From Euglena gracilis (taxonomy: Eukaryota): DNA of 64,000 nt. A program made the translations under genes and the position numbers. The stretch's first letter is position 1. The number at the start of each line of letters is the position of its first letter. Of the stretch, positions 44,813 to 58,011 are shown piece after piece. Under the pieces are notes generated by a model that was given only the letters and a program-made list of their open reading frames with translations, made no database searches and was not told the origin of the DNA. Where the stretch lies: contig CP154954.1 in NCBI GenBank assembly GCA_039621445.1, positions 3,601,715-3,665,714 of the forward strand, in the 5' to 3' direction.

Positions 44813-46442
44813 CCTCGAAATTGCAGGATTTTTTGGCAAGAGAGTGCCAGCAGGAAAAATTCGACCATTTCGGGTGGTCCCGCAATCCCCCCAGGGTCGG
44901 TTGGATGGCCCCTTGGCAGGTGGGGTGGTGGTCAGGACCCTGCCCCTCCTCCCCACGGTCAAGGGGGGGGGGGACACCCCCCACCTAAAGCCGGGGCCCC
45001 CCCCCCCCTTGATCGAACCCTGTACCCCCCCCCCACAGGCCCCATGGGGCGGCAGGACAGAGTTGCGCCAGAAATTGTTTCTTCCGGACTTGCACCGCCC
45101 TCGGCACCAGAGTGCCCGAGCTGAATGCCCAGGCAATCTTTTCCGTGTTCCCGATCCCCCCTCCCCGGGATCGAGGCGCCTTGGAGTGTCTCCAGGCAGG
45201 CAGCCCCCTCCGGGGTGGGGGGGGAATCAGCCGGTTGGGTGTGCAGCACGGTGTCGGGAGGGTCAGGGAGGGGACAGGGTGCCGGGCAGCGGGAGGGAAG
45301 GCGGTCCTCCCCTCGGCAACGCCCGCTGGGTAAGCCGCTCGTGGCCTTCCCAGGCTTGTGCCACGCCCCACCCCCACCCCGGACCCAGGGGTGGCCACCA
45401 CCCCCCCGCCCCCCCCCCCAACCGCACTGACGACACCGTCCCCATGTTGAGTTTGACGGTGCTCGGGCTAATGGCAAAAGAAGGCGGGCAGGTTCAGGGG
45501 TTTTTTTTTAAGACCGGGGGTCAGCCCCCCCCCCCAACCCACCCCCTCCCCCCCCCCCCCGGGGTCCTGGGGGACCCACCCACTTTTCCCTGAAAATGAC
45601 CAAAAATCGCGAATAATGCTAAAATTTCACCATTTCAAAAAAAATTTGGCGCCAAAAGCGCCGAAAAGTATATCCCCCCTGGGGGGACCCCCTGGGGGGG
45701 GGGGGGGGCGCGGGCGGACCCACCCAACCGACCCCCCCAGGGGTCCAAGACAAAAAAAACCTTTAGGAAGGTTGTTGGTATATGTGAAAGAACCTCAAAT
45801 GCCACCATTGGCCCCGTGTCCGCCGCAGGTTCGTGATGGGTTGGGGGTCTGCCTGAAAAAATGTGGCGCGTGGCGCCGGAAGCTGCTGACAGGGGAGAAG
45901 GAGGTTCGACCCTTCACTACGTAATGGTTACAGTCAACTTTTTTTAGGCCCTGAGGAGGTGCCCGCCCCCCCCCCCACTGCCCACCCTTTGGGGTGGGGT
46001 GGGGGGCTTGAGAGACCTTATATTTCTTGTGCGCCCGGGGCTGTGGGGGGCCAACAAGGCTGCACGGGAATGCCCAGTGGGGGGTCGGACCCCCCACCTG
46101 GGGGGAAGGTCGACCCCACACCAAGGCACCACGCAAAAAAAAAATCGAAGGCTGCAAAAGAATCGTTTTTGAACGAAAATCAGCGGAAATACGAGAAGGC
46201 TTGGAGGGGGGGGGTTCGCCCTCCATGTGGCTTTGGGGATTCCTACACAGCCCTGGGGGTGAAAACTCCATTTTTGGTGAACGCAGGGCTCACCGGACAC
46301 AAGCACAGGTTTAACTCGGTCTGTCCGCCGGTGGATTGCAGCCAACAAAAGCCTGCCCTGCAAATAACCCAAGGCTATTTTACATGGCAAACACTGATCC
46401 CAGGCATCCGTCATGCTTGACAGAACAGAAACGGTGATGGCA

Positions 46443-46498
<56 letters not shown>

Positions 46499-46520
46499 CA
46501 CCAACAACAACAACAACGAG

Positions 46521-46552
<32 letters not shown>

Positions 46553-49500
46553 TGATGATAATAATAATAATAATGACGAACACCATTGGGCTCAACCTGT
46601 TGGGAGGCGGCAGCCTTCGAAATTTTCCACGCTCTAGCCAGAGGTTTTAAAAGGCCCCAGGATTGGGTCTTCCACACCACCCACCCACCCCTGGAGGGGG
46701 ATTGGGAGTTAATTTTGGGGTTCACGAAAACTCGGGGGGGGCAAACTCCTCTTTGAAAGGGTAAAACCCCCCAAATAATACCCCCCAGGGTATTATTTTT
46801 TCGCCCGAGTCCCGGCCCGAGGGAGGGGGGTATTATTTGGGGGGGGGGTATTATTTCCCAAAAATTTTCGAACTTTTTTTGAAGTCCCGTAGGAGCAAAA
46901 ATAGCGCCAAAACGCCCCTTTGGGGTCATTTTTTGTACTTTCTCATGAAATTTACCATTTCTTTTTGGAGGCCAGATGATCCAGAAAAATCGATTTTTTT
47001 TGTAATTTGTTGTAAGAGATTGTGGTTTTTACCTACATTTTCAGGTCAAAAATCCGGGCCTTGGGCCCGAAACCGGGGGGGGGGGGTATTATTTCAGCAG
47101 CCCGAGGGGGGGGTGGGGGGGTATTATTTGGGGGGGTATTATTTGGGGGGGGTATTATTTGGGGTGAGGGTTTACTCACTCGGCCCTACGCTGGGCCGGA
47201 CCCACCCATCCCCCAGGTCGCCAAACTGGAAACGTCTCTGGCTCTGACGCAATTGAAGGGAAAAGGTGCTCGCGTTGTCATGCAGCCGCCTGGGTTTCGC
47301 TCGCATCTGCACCTGGGTAGGGGCAGGGTCGGGGGTAGGAAGGGGCCCGCGCACACGGCGTAGACCCTGCCACAGGCTTCTGAGTCTGTCGTGTAACAGC
47401 GATGGACAGCGATCCCCGTGTGTGAGTGCCAGCGAACTGTCCAAACCAACATGCTGTGTCGAGGTTGGGAATAGAGTGGAATCGGCAGAAAGAATTGGCC
47501 CACGCCTCCGAAAGACTTCTTTGAAACAGCGGTTCCTGCAGGGGTCCAAGAATGCCTCCCTCCCCCGGCCTGCCCATAGCACCCAGCCCCCCACCGGAGG
47601 GGGGGTTCTGTAGAAAGGCTGTTGCTGATGGGAGAGGCTCTGATTCAGTGCCCATTTTTAAATACCTGGACTATCTAAGGCCGGGGGGGTATGCAACGAG
47701 GCACCTCAAAATATGCAATGCAAAAAAATGCAAAAAAAATGCAAATGATGCCACTTATATCCCCCCTGGAGGTGCGCTCCAGCAAGCGTTGTGCCCTTTC
47801 TTGAGAGGGGCTACCCAGGTTCTTGGGCAAAGTTGGAGATTGTGAATCATTCAAGGATCAAAACATTTGACTCGATCTGGACAAAAGATCGAGAACGTGG
47901 ATGGGCAGGATCCAGCCCAACGTTTGAAAGCAAACGAAGAAGAAGAAGAGGAATAACAATTGTTGCCTCCTGAAGCGAGTGGAACAGCGTACTGCACAGG
48001 TACACGACAGCCCACTGGGTACGGGTGCCTGGGTCGGGCTCTCCCTCGCCGCGCGGCGCAGCGCTCGCTCACTTTTCCGTGAAGTGGAACACGCCGTCCC
48101 ACAGCCGGCCGGCCTCCGTGTGCTCCAGCTGGGCGGCCAAGGCGGCCCACGCCTTGTCTGGCGGGTCCAGCAGCGGGTTGGCCGCCAGCAGCTGCCGCGC
48201 CCGTTGGTGGTCCCCAGCAGCCCACTCTGCAGCCTAAACTTTGGGGGGGGGGGGACAATCATCCAAACCTTGTGTGTGTGGACCAGACAATTTGCGGAGT
48301 TTGGGCCTGCCAAAAATGAATGCTTCGCCTTGTTCAGAGAGCGGGTGCCTGGCAGCATTTTCCACCGCACAGCAAACGCCATTGTAAGGGTAATCTCATG
48401 TGCCTTGGATGCTTTAATTGGATGTGAACACAGAAAAGAAGATGCACAATGTGAGGTGCCATCTTAAGAACTTTAAACTGGCATTTTTTTTGTGCAGAAA
48501 AAAATCGAAAAACGTCTGTGCAGGAAAAAAGGCGAAATAAAAAGGGTCTTGCAAAAGAAACAGGGTTCAAGGAGCACAGAGGGAGAGCTCTTGGGAGGAT
48601 CGTCTTGGAGTCTGGTGGAAGAAAACAAAGCATAGAAAACTCCAGAACATCTGTCACCAAAACCTTGGATAATTACCCTTTGAATTGTGTTGAACTGAAT
48701 TACCTTTGAATTGAACTGAGTTGTCCCCAAGGAAAAAACGGCAGCACCTAACCACCGCCCCCCCCCCCCCGAGGGAGGGCCCAATGCTCAAAAGGGTCCA
48801 CACCTGTGTGTTTAAGAAATAGCTCGGACCCGAATTCGCCTATGTTTTTGTGCTCCCCACGGGGGATGTGGTCAGGGTTGGGCCAAAGTTAGGAGGTTAG
48901 GCCAGAATCGGGCCAAAAGGCCTCAAGGCCTGAACCCTAACCCTAAACCAATTCCCAACGCTAACCCCAACCCTCTCCCCAAGCCCAAACCCCACACTGC
49001 GAGCAGGCCTTCCATGCTGCACATTTTTCAAGGACATCGTGATCACTTTTGGAACGACAATTGCAACCCTAAGCCTATTCCTAAAAACAACAGAACAGGA
49101 GACAACTTCTGGGGTGCCGTTAGATAAAACGTTGACATCCTCCGACACAAACAATTGTCCCATGTAGGAAGAGTTTCCCATGGAGGGGTATCGGTGGGGA
49201 AGAGGTTTATACGAGGGGTGGTGATAAATGTTTGGGGGGGGGGGTTTAGCCACCCCACTTATGCAATTGCTTGGATAGCTTTGCAGTACCTCCCCCCCCC
49301 CTTGTCCAACGACCACTAATATTCGACCACTAATACTCTGACCGGGGGGGGGGGGCGGTCGCTAAAATGGCCAATGTTCGTCTCCGACCAGGGGGGGGGG
49401 GGTGGTCGTTAGACAAGCGGGGTGGACCCCAAGTCGGAGGAAAATTTACCATAGATGGGGGTATATGGCCATTTTTGGGCTGTTTTTGGCCATTTATGCT

Positions 49501-52500
49501 ATTTCTTGACTACGGTTGGCCACTTTTGGCCATTTTTGGACATTTTTGGGGCACTTTTGGGAATTTTTAGGCATTTTTGACCGCTTTTCGCCATGTTTGG
49601 TCGCTTTTGGCCACTTTTGGCAACTGTTGGCCACACTTTGGCCCCCTTTGCCCATTTTTGGCCACTTTAGGCTGTTTTTGGTTACTTTTGGCAATTTGTG
49701 CCTTATTTTTGCTATTTTTGGCAACTTTTTGGGCACTTTTGGCCATCCTTTGGCCATTTTAGGCCATTTTGGGCTATTTTTGACTGTTTTTAGCCAACTT
49801 TTAGCAATTTTGGCCGAACCAACATCGTATACAAAGAGATCGTCTCTGACTGGGGGGGGTGGTCGTTAGACAAGCCCGGTCGTTGGACAAGGGGGGGGGA
49901 GGTATCCTCGGTGCCTGCATGTGTGCAGTATTCACAGTGTATGCATGTATGTATGCCCCTCGGTTGGAGGACAGAGATGGGAAATGGGGGGGGGGGACGG
50001 GAAGGCCTGGTGAGGTGGGGTGGACCCCCCCGGGGGTCCAACCCACCACCCACCACCCACAGGGTTGCAGGGATTCCTGTGCAGCCCTGGGAGGGGTACT
50101 GCTAAGCTGTCCTCTTAGGACCCTTCCCCCTCCCTTGAACCCACTGACCTGCCTATGGAATGGGGAATGTCAAATGGAATTTTTCAACAAATTTTGTTTT
50201 AAAGAAGGGATTTGGAGGGTGTTTTGGGGTCATTCTGGGTGGGGCAGGGCTGCACGGGAAGGCATGGTGGGGGTCGATCGACCCCCACCCAGAAGGTGGG
50301 GGGGTCGCCCCCCCCACCCACGATGGCACCACGCAGGGAAAAAACCACACGAATTTTGACCTAAAAATTGGTGCCCCCAGAAATACGGGAAAGGGTGTGG
50401 GAGTGGTCAGACTCCCCTACCCACCAGGTTGGAAGGGGGATGACCCCCCCACCCACCCTCCCACTCATGGTTTGGGGATTCTCGCCCTGGGATGAGGCGG
50501 CACAGCAGGCTGTCTGCCCGCCACTATTGAGGCGTATGCCTGCTCATACCGCGCGGACGACTGCAGCAGCGTCAGGCGGTCCACGAGGGTCCAGTGGTAG
50601 GTCACCTGGCTGGGGGCAGGCCGGGGATGAGAGAGGTCTGAGGACTGTGTGGGAAGGCCTGTGGGGGGGTTGCCCCCCCCCCACCCGGGAGGGGTGGGGT
50701 CGAATACCCCCACAAACGGTGTCGCCGAGCAAGGAAAAATTCCTTTGTTGCCAAAGAAACTTTCACCTAAAAAGTGCCCTGGGAGGAAAAAACGGGGGGA
50801 AAAAAGGGGGTGGGGGGTTTGGGGGACCCCCATGACAGGTATGGGGGGCACCACCACCGCCAATTGGTTTCAGGGAGTTGTCTAGGGGAACATCTTCAGA
50901 AATCATATGACTCTCCACATGAGTTGTTCTGTCAGGATAAAACTCAGTGAGTGGACGTTTGAAAGAAAATTTACAAACTCCTTGTTTCATGCATTATATA
51001 TGTCACTCATAATATACAACACATATGCACTTAAATGTGGAAGTCTGAGTGAGAAAGTTTTTGCAATGTCGTGTGCTTCGGTCAAAATACATCCAGATTC
51101 CCACCAAGGAACTTGGCAGCACGTATCGTCCTCACCTTGCACCCGAGGAAGATCTCTGCAAATTTGCGACGTTGGGAAGCGGTCACCCAGCCATTTGGCT
51201 GTGGGGACAATGCGACGTTTGAGCGGGCCACAGACCAGACTTGCAATTATCCCGAGCTATCGCACGTCCTGGATTGGCCACAACGTATGAACAGAAGCAA
51301 AGCAAGACATTGCCTTCTCCCGGGCCATGGACAGGACCGCAGGACTCTGACCCCTCCTCCATGCTGACGCTGCCGACTTGAATGTAGGAATGCTCTCCGG
51401 GCCACAGCAGGGAGGCCCACCCACACAACCCAGGGGGAAGACCATGGGAATCGCCAGAGATGGCAACGACCGAGTGCGGTGTGCAGCTGGACAGTGGTGG
51501 GAATTGCTTTCCGTCAGTCCATGTCGGGAAGTGTCGTGTCGCACCACAAACCACCCCAAGGCCCAACCGCTTTGCGAAGGCTCAGAGATTTCTCCCCCTG
51601 CCCACATGGCTGGGAACTGTGGTTGCATGGACAAAGCCCCCGCATCGGGCGGCTGGAAAAATAAAAGTCGTCGATGAGGGAGGAGGGGTCCAAGGCTGGA
51701 GAAAGGCTGTTGGCAGGGGGGGGGGGGATGCACCAGAGGGAAAAAAAATGCACAAAAAATGCGAAAAATGCACAAAAAATGCACAAAAAAAATGCACAAA
51801 AATGCAAAAAAAAAATGTGCAAAAATGCACAAAAAAAATGCACAAAAATGCAAAAAAAAATGTGCAAAAATGCACAAAAAAAATGCACAAAAATGCATAA
51901 AAAAATGCACAAAAATGCGCAAAAATGCAAACACATCCCCCCTGCAGTTGGCTGGAAAAAGGCTGCTGTCTTGCTGGACGACCCCCCCCCGGGGGGATGG
52001 GGTCCACTTCGGCTTCAGGGACGCCCTGGTTTGTTCAGGGGTACCACATCATCCCTTGATTTTGATGGGGGGGGTCAGTAAGACGGAGGTTGGGTGGAAG
52101 GGGGGGGAGGGGCATCGCTGGCCGGCACCGGCAGGACGTCCAACGCGTCGTCCACCTCCAGGACGGCGCCATCGCGGGGGAGCAGCCCCGGGGGGCCAGC
52201 CCCCTTCGGGGTGCACATCTCGGCGCACTCCGCCGCACACAGCACCTCGTAGACGGGCAGCACCTCGACGCTAGGGTGGGGGGAACAACCCACCCCAATG
52301 CCCAACCCTCCTGGGGTCCGGTCGAAAATGCGCCCTCCCAGCCTTGAATCGATCTTTTGAAGAAAAAAAAAGTATGCAGTCCACCCAAATGGCAGGGAGT
52401 GTAAACCAGGTTTTGAATAGTGCTGAGCTCTTAATAAGCGCGCCCCACCCCTTCACTGACCCCCCCATATGAACCGGCCCACTCCATGGAGCTCTTTTGA

Positions 52501-55500
52501 CTGAAATGCAAGGGTTTTGTGCCCGAAACGAGAGGCCAGGGGGTCAAAAAACGCCCATTTTTTTGGCTCAAAAAAAAAACACGTTTTCTGGGTCCGGGAG
52601 GCCCAAAAACATGGTTTTGGGCAAAAAAAAATTCGATTTTTTTTCGACTTTTTTTGCCCGTTTTTGCCCCAAATTCAATGGGTTTCGGGCCAAAAACGGG
52701 GCGCTGGCGGGGCGAAAAACGCTCATTTTCGGCTCAAACACATTTTTTCCGGGTCCGGGAGGCCAAAAAACATTTCAAAAAGGCAAAAAAATTTCGATTT
52801 TGTTCGTTTTTTTTCCGACTTTTTTGGCCGAAAACGGAAATCTGACAGTGGAAAAAGTGTGCAAAATGTCCCAAATTGGCCGAAAAACGGCCGTATCTTG
52901 GGCTAGGCGGGGAGTTGCGGGGAAATCAAAATACCAGTAGATGGGGCGTTCCAAAGGCTTCAAATTAGGTCTCCGGACATTTCCTTTGACTTGGCTTCAT
53001 TTTGGAGATATTTTGAAAATTGACATTTTTTGGCCGAAATGGCAGAGTCCAAAGGGTTAAAAAGGGGGGCGGGCTGATTCTACCCAGTTTGGACCCCTTC
53101 GCGCGTGAATAACTCGGGCCTGGCGGGGAGTTGGGGGTCAAACCCAGGTGATTCGGAAGCTAGAAATCCAGTCGCTTGCAACTGAAAAAAAAAATCCGGG
53201 AACGGGGCCGGGATCATGGTGATAATCCGTCGGTTCTCCTGGTGGCCCAACCCGGGGGGGGGTTCGCCAGGGGTAAGCTTCGCTCTTACCCATAAAGGGA
53301 TAAGAGCTCAGCGACCCCCCCCCAAAATAAGACCCTCCCCCAAAATAAGACCCCCACCATAAAACAAGACCCCCTGCCAATTTTCAGCAAAAATCCAAAA
53401 CTAGACCCCCCCCAAATAGTAAGACCCCCTTGGGGTTTTGGCGGGAAAAAACCAAAAAATAAACCCAAAAATCTCCCCAAAATGGGTGATTTCTGGCATT
53501 TTTTTTATTTTTGTCCGTGTTGTGTGTCAAAATTGGCAATTTTTTTTTTACACTCGATGCCGAAAATCACCCTTTTTAGACCTGTTTTAGGACCCTCTCG
53601 CGGGAAAAAAATTTTGGTCGAATTTTTCAGCAAAAAGTGGACCCCCAAGCCAAAGAATTACCCCCCCCCCCCCCGCGCGCTTTTCAGCGACGGACCCAAA
53701 AAGTAGACCCGGGGGGGGGGGGTTGAGGGATGTGCCTGACCAATGACACGACACATCAGTGTTGTGTTGGAGTCCTGGCTGGGTCCCCCCTGGTGGCTTT
53801 ACATTTTTTTCTGTTCTCTTTACCATTTCATCACAGTTTCTTTGCCATGGGCTTCACATCGGCCCATACCTGCATGATTCCACAGCCCTTGATGTTCCGG
53901 GGGGGGGGGGGGCATGGGCAGCCAGAAACAGCCACTTTTGACCCACGCACAAGCGCACACCCCAGGGGGGTTCAATACAATTCCTCTGTCATGCAGTTCT
54001 GGTCCCTCCACAAGACAGCAGAAGAGCAGGTCCGCCAGTGCGTTCCGGAAGCCCCGCACCCTGGGCGGCCTTGCCGGGCACCGTCACCTTCGCCAGCCGC
54101 CTGAAGTGGAAGTCCCCCCGGCAGGCCTCGAACGTGGCGTGGGACACGCAGAGGAACGTCCCGAACTTCTTGTTGAGCGGCTCCAGCCGCGCTGACAGGT
54201 TGGGCCGGCAGCTCCCCTCCCGCTCTCCATCCATCACTAGTGAATCTTCTTGGTAGGAACATTTATTCACTCGGTGACCCCCTGGGGAGGGGGTGGGCAC
54301 CTTTTGCAGCGCCCCCCCCTCCCCCCCTGCAGGGGGGGGGGGCACCCACCCACTCACCCAGCCCAAAACCATGCCAGATCTGCCAAAACCCCTCAAAATA
54401 TGTATTGCCAACCCAGCCCCGGCCCAGTTGGGCTGACTCAAAGTGCATCCCGCCCCCAGGGAGCAGCTCAACCCCAACCCACCCACTCTCAAACCCCCTC
54501 AGAGGTGGGGTCACACGGGCTAAATGAAGAAACGGTGGGAATAAAACAAAATACATTTTCGAACACCCACAAAAAAAAACCCTCAAAGAAACCCTGTGAG
54601 TGAGCTGAATTGCAGATCATGGTTTGCATGCAATACCATGGTCAACACCCCGTGACGACTTGAAGAACCTCAACCCCCTGGTGAATCATTTGGAGGCACT
54701 CAAAATGGGGCAGTGTTCAGAAGGCCTGGTGCGCAGCACCTGGGTGTGGGACCTGGGGTGTGGGGAGAATGGTCGGGAGGACTCCAACTGACCATGGCAG
54801 TCAAACAAAATTCCTTCGGTGCCAATGGTGCCTCAAAATCGGCATTTTGCGAGATGGGAAGGGGTGAAGGAAGGGGTGAAAGGGTGATGCCCCCCCCCCC
54901 CGACCAGGATGAGGAGATCGACACACCCTCCCACCACCCATGAGGTTTCAGGGATCCCAACCCTGGGGCAGGGGGGAGTATGGCCAAATTTTTCAAAATA
55001 AGACAAACCCCCCAAACCCCCAATTCTGCTGAAACAGGGGTGAAACATTAAAAACAACAACATGCAAAACAGTCGTTCGGGGAGTGTGCTTCTGCAGATC
55101 CCAGGGGGAAGGGCAAACTAGACCAACGACTGCAACGGCCCAATGTCCACATGGGCAGCATGCCAATCGGGAGGGGGCTGGCCCACCCCGTCCCCCAGGC
55201 AGGTGTAGCTGACACGGTAGCTGCAGCCAGCCCCCAGCGACCGAGCCCACCTCCCCGGGACAACGGAGAATGGGGGGAAGAGGACGAGAAGCACGCACCA
55301 GAATATCGGACAGAAATACAACTTCTTTGCCTGGGAAGGTTGCTCAGGAAAATGGGGTTCCTGAGAGCAAGCGGAGCAGGATACTACTACAGTTGTTGAA
55401 TTGACTGAAATGCCAGGGGCCTAGACAATGGGGCTCTTTGTTTTTTTGTTTGCCTGTGATTGTCAGATGACAACTCTTTTCGATAACTCCTCCACTTGCC

Positions 55501-57980
55501 AACCTGCCTGGCCAGAGGTCTTCTGAAGCAAGAGGGGAGTATTTGGGGGGTTGGGGTGGGGCGGTCAATCACAATTCCAATATCATTTCTGTCAATTTGG
55601 TGCCATTTTTGCACGCTTTTGGGTATTTTTCACATTTCTTGATGTTTGTGCCTTTTCTCTAGGTTTTGCACACAAAGTGCCACATTTTTGTGCATTCTTT
55701 TTGCACATTTTCTTCGACGTCGGCAAGGTCCCCCCCCCCCCGCCAGTCGGCAGCAAAAGTCAGGTTCAAAAAAATTCGAAAATCTCAAGAAAATGAAAAA
55801 AAATGCAAAAAAGGTCAAAGAATCGAAAAAATGGGGAAAACAGGAAAAAAAAATAAAAAAAAAAAGCAAAAAAAAATTGTGTCGAAAAAAATAAAAAAAA
55901 GTGCCCATTTGTGGAAAATTTGGGGGGAAATGCGCAAAAAAAGCCCCAAAAAATGCAGGAAAAAATGCGAAATGCACCCCCCTGCAGCCAGCAACATGAC
56001 CTGGGCTTCTGCAATGAGGTGCGAATCAGATGCCCCCGCAAAAACCTTCCCAACTTCAGAATTTGGCATATTTGATGAGGAGCTCTGGAAAAATTCTTCT
56101 AAATGTCCTTCAAAGCTTCGAAATTCACTGTGGATAGCGTCATTCTAGCTGCGCCTTGTGCATTATCTGTGGTCATAAACATAACTTTTGTTCTGAACAT
56201 TCCAGGGCGTTCCTCATTCTCCGGATTCTCTTTTTGTGTTTCAAGGGAAAAAATTGAACCCCCCCCCGGGTGTTTTCGCAACCATGAAGAAAAGAGGGTG
56301 GATTTGGAGCCAGAAAAAATCAAAACTTGAGAAAAACCAATGTTTGAAGGAAAAATTTCCGTCTGTGGTGCCTTCTCAATGTTCAAGGAAAACCTGTTAT
56401 GTGGGAGAAAACCAGAAACAACCTGGAAGGGTCAGCAACCACCAAAATGAATTCTGACCTGGATTTGCAGACTCCTGTTGAGGGAAGCATGTTATGAGAT
56501 CCGGGAAGGGGCAAAAAAAGGTATCCACAGATACGTGGACTCGGCACTGGCCGAAGTTGCCCACGAGACATTGGCCGGTGTGGATGCCCGCGCGGAACTT
56601 CAGCACTGGCAGTCCCAGGCCTCTCCTTAGTGCGGGTCAAGGCCCCCAATTTGCAAATATTTTTGGAAAAAATTGCATTTTTTGCCGACATGCGCGAAGG
56701 AGAGGTCTGGGCAGCCCCCGGGACCGCCATAACTGGTGGAGGTCCACGACGCAAGCGGCAGGACCTGATCTTAGAAGAGGACCAAGAGCTTCCACATGTG
56801 TGTGTGTTTCTTTTTTGGGACCCTCTGCCAATAATGCCATCTCCGTTGGGGGGATGGTTTTGGCTGCCACACATCCAATTTCGGATTTGGACGGTGTCGG
56901 TTCATATCTTGCCAAGAACCATTGAAATTGACTATCCATTGACTATCCATTCAACCCAAAATGGAAGCAGCCACCAGATTTAGGCCACCCCTTGGGCAGA
57001 TCGGCTGAAACCCAAATTTATTCAACGGGTGCTTAAATCTGGGGGAGTTTCCCTTCAGAATCAGGGGATGGGCTGGGCAGTGGCGGTGTTGAGAAAAAAG
57101 GTACGAAAAGTTCGAGAATTTCGAACCCATAATTTTTTGGTCCTATCCCTGATGATGACTTCCATCGAGAATTTGGGATCGGAATTCTGGTGCAAACCAA
57201 ACTGGATGGTGAGCTTAACTCTGGGTGCAAACTTACTTCTTTTGTGTTCGCTCACCAACAGAGAAATGATTTCCGCCCAGATGGTGCAGAAAAGAAATTT
57301 CAATGGGATCACAGACCAAAAAAATAACATGAATCTTGCCATGTATGGAGCGTGGGGTCTAACTGAAGGATGCATGCCAACCCCCCCCCATCAGACGTTG
57401 TCATAAAAGCCGAGAGAACAGCTTGACAGGAGGACCTCTAGTGGCAACATCTGTCCAACATAACCCGTCAGCCGGTGACAGTCCCCAAAACGAGACCTTT
57501 TCCGGGGGGGGGGGGGGGCTTGGTTATGTCTGAGCCCTGGGCGTCCTGCATCGCCAGCGACGCGGCCACAGCGTCCCTCTCGTGTCCGGGCAGCCTCTCC
57601 GGCGCGTTCCACATCGCCATGGCGCAGCCCCACGGGTGGGAATCGACAGAAACAGGTGGTGGACTGGGTGGTTTATGAGGAGAAGAATCTGGTACAAATA
57701 CATAAGTATGTACAGTATTATTATTTATATTTATGTAAAGCGAGGACACGTGCACAACCTTGTTCAAACAGTCGTGAGGATATGCATACACACATATACA
57801 CACATGCATACATTCATTCATACATAGATACATACATACATACATACATACATACATACATACATACATACATACATACATACATGCATACATACATACA
57901 TACATACATACATACATACATACATACATACATACATACATACATACATACATACATACATACATACATACATACATACA

Positions 57981-58011
<31 letters not shown>

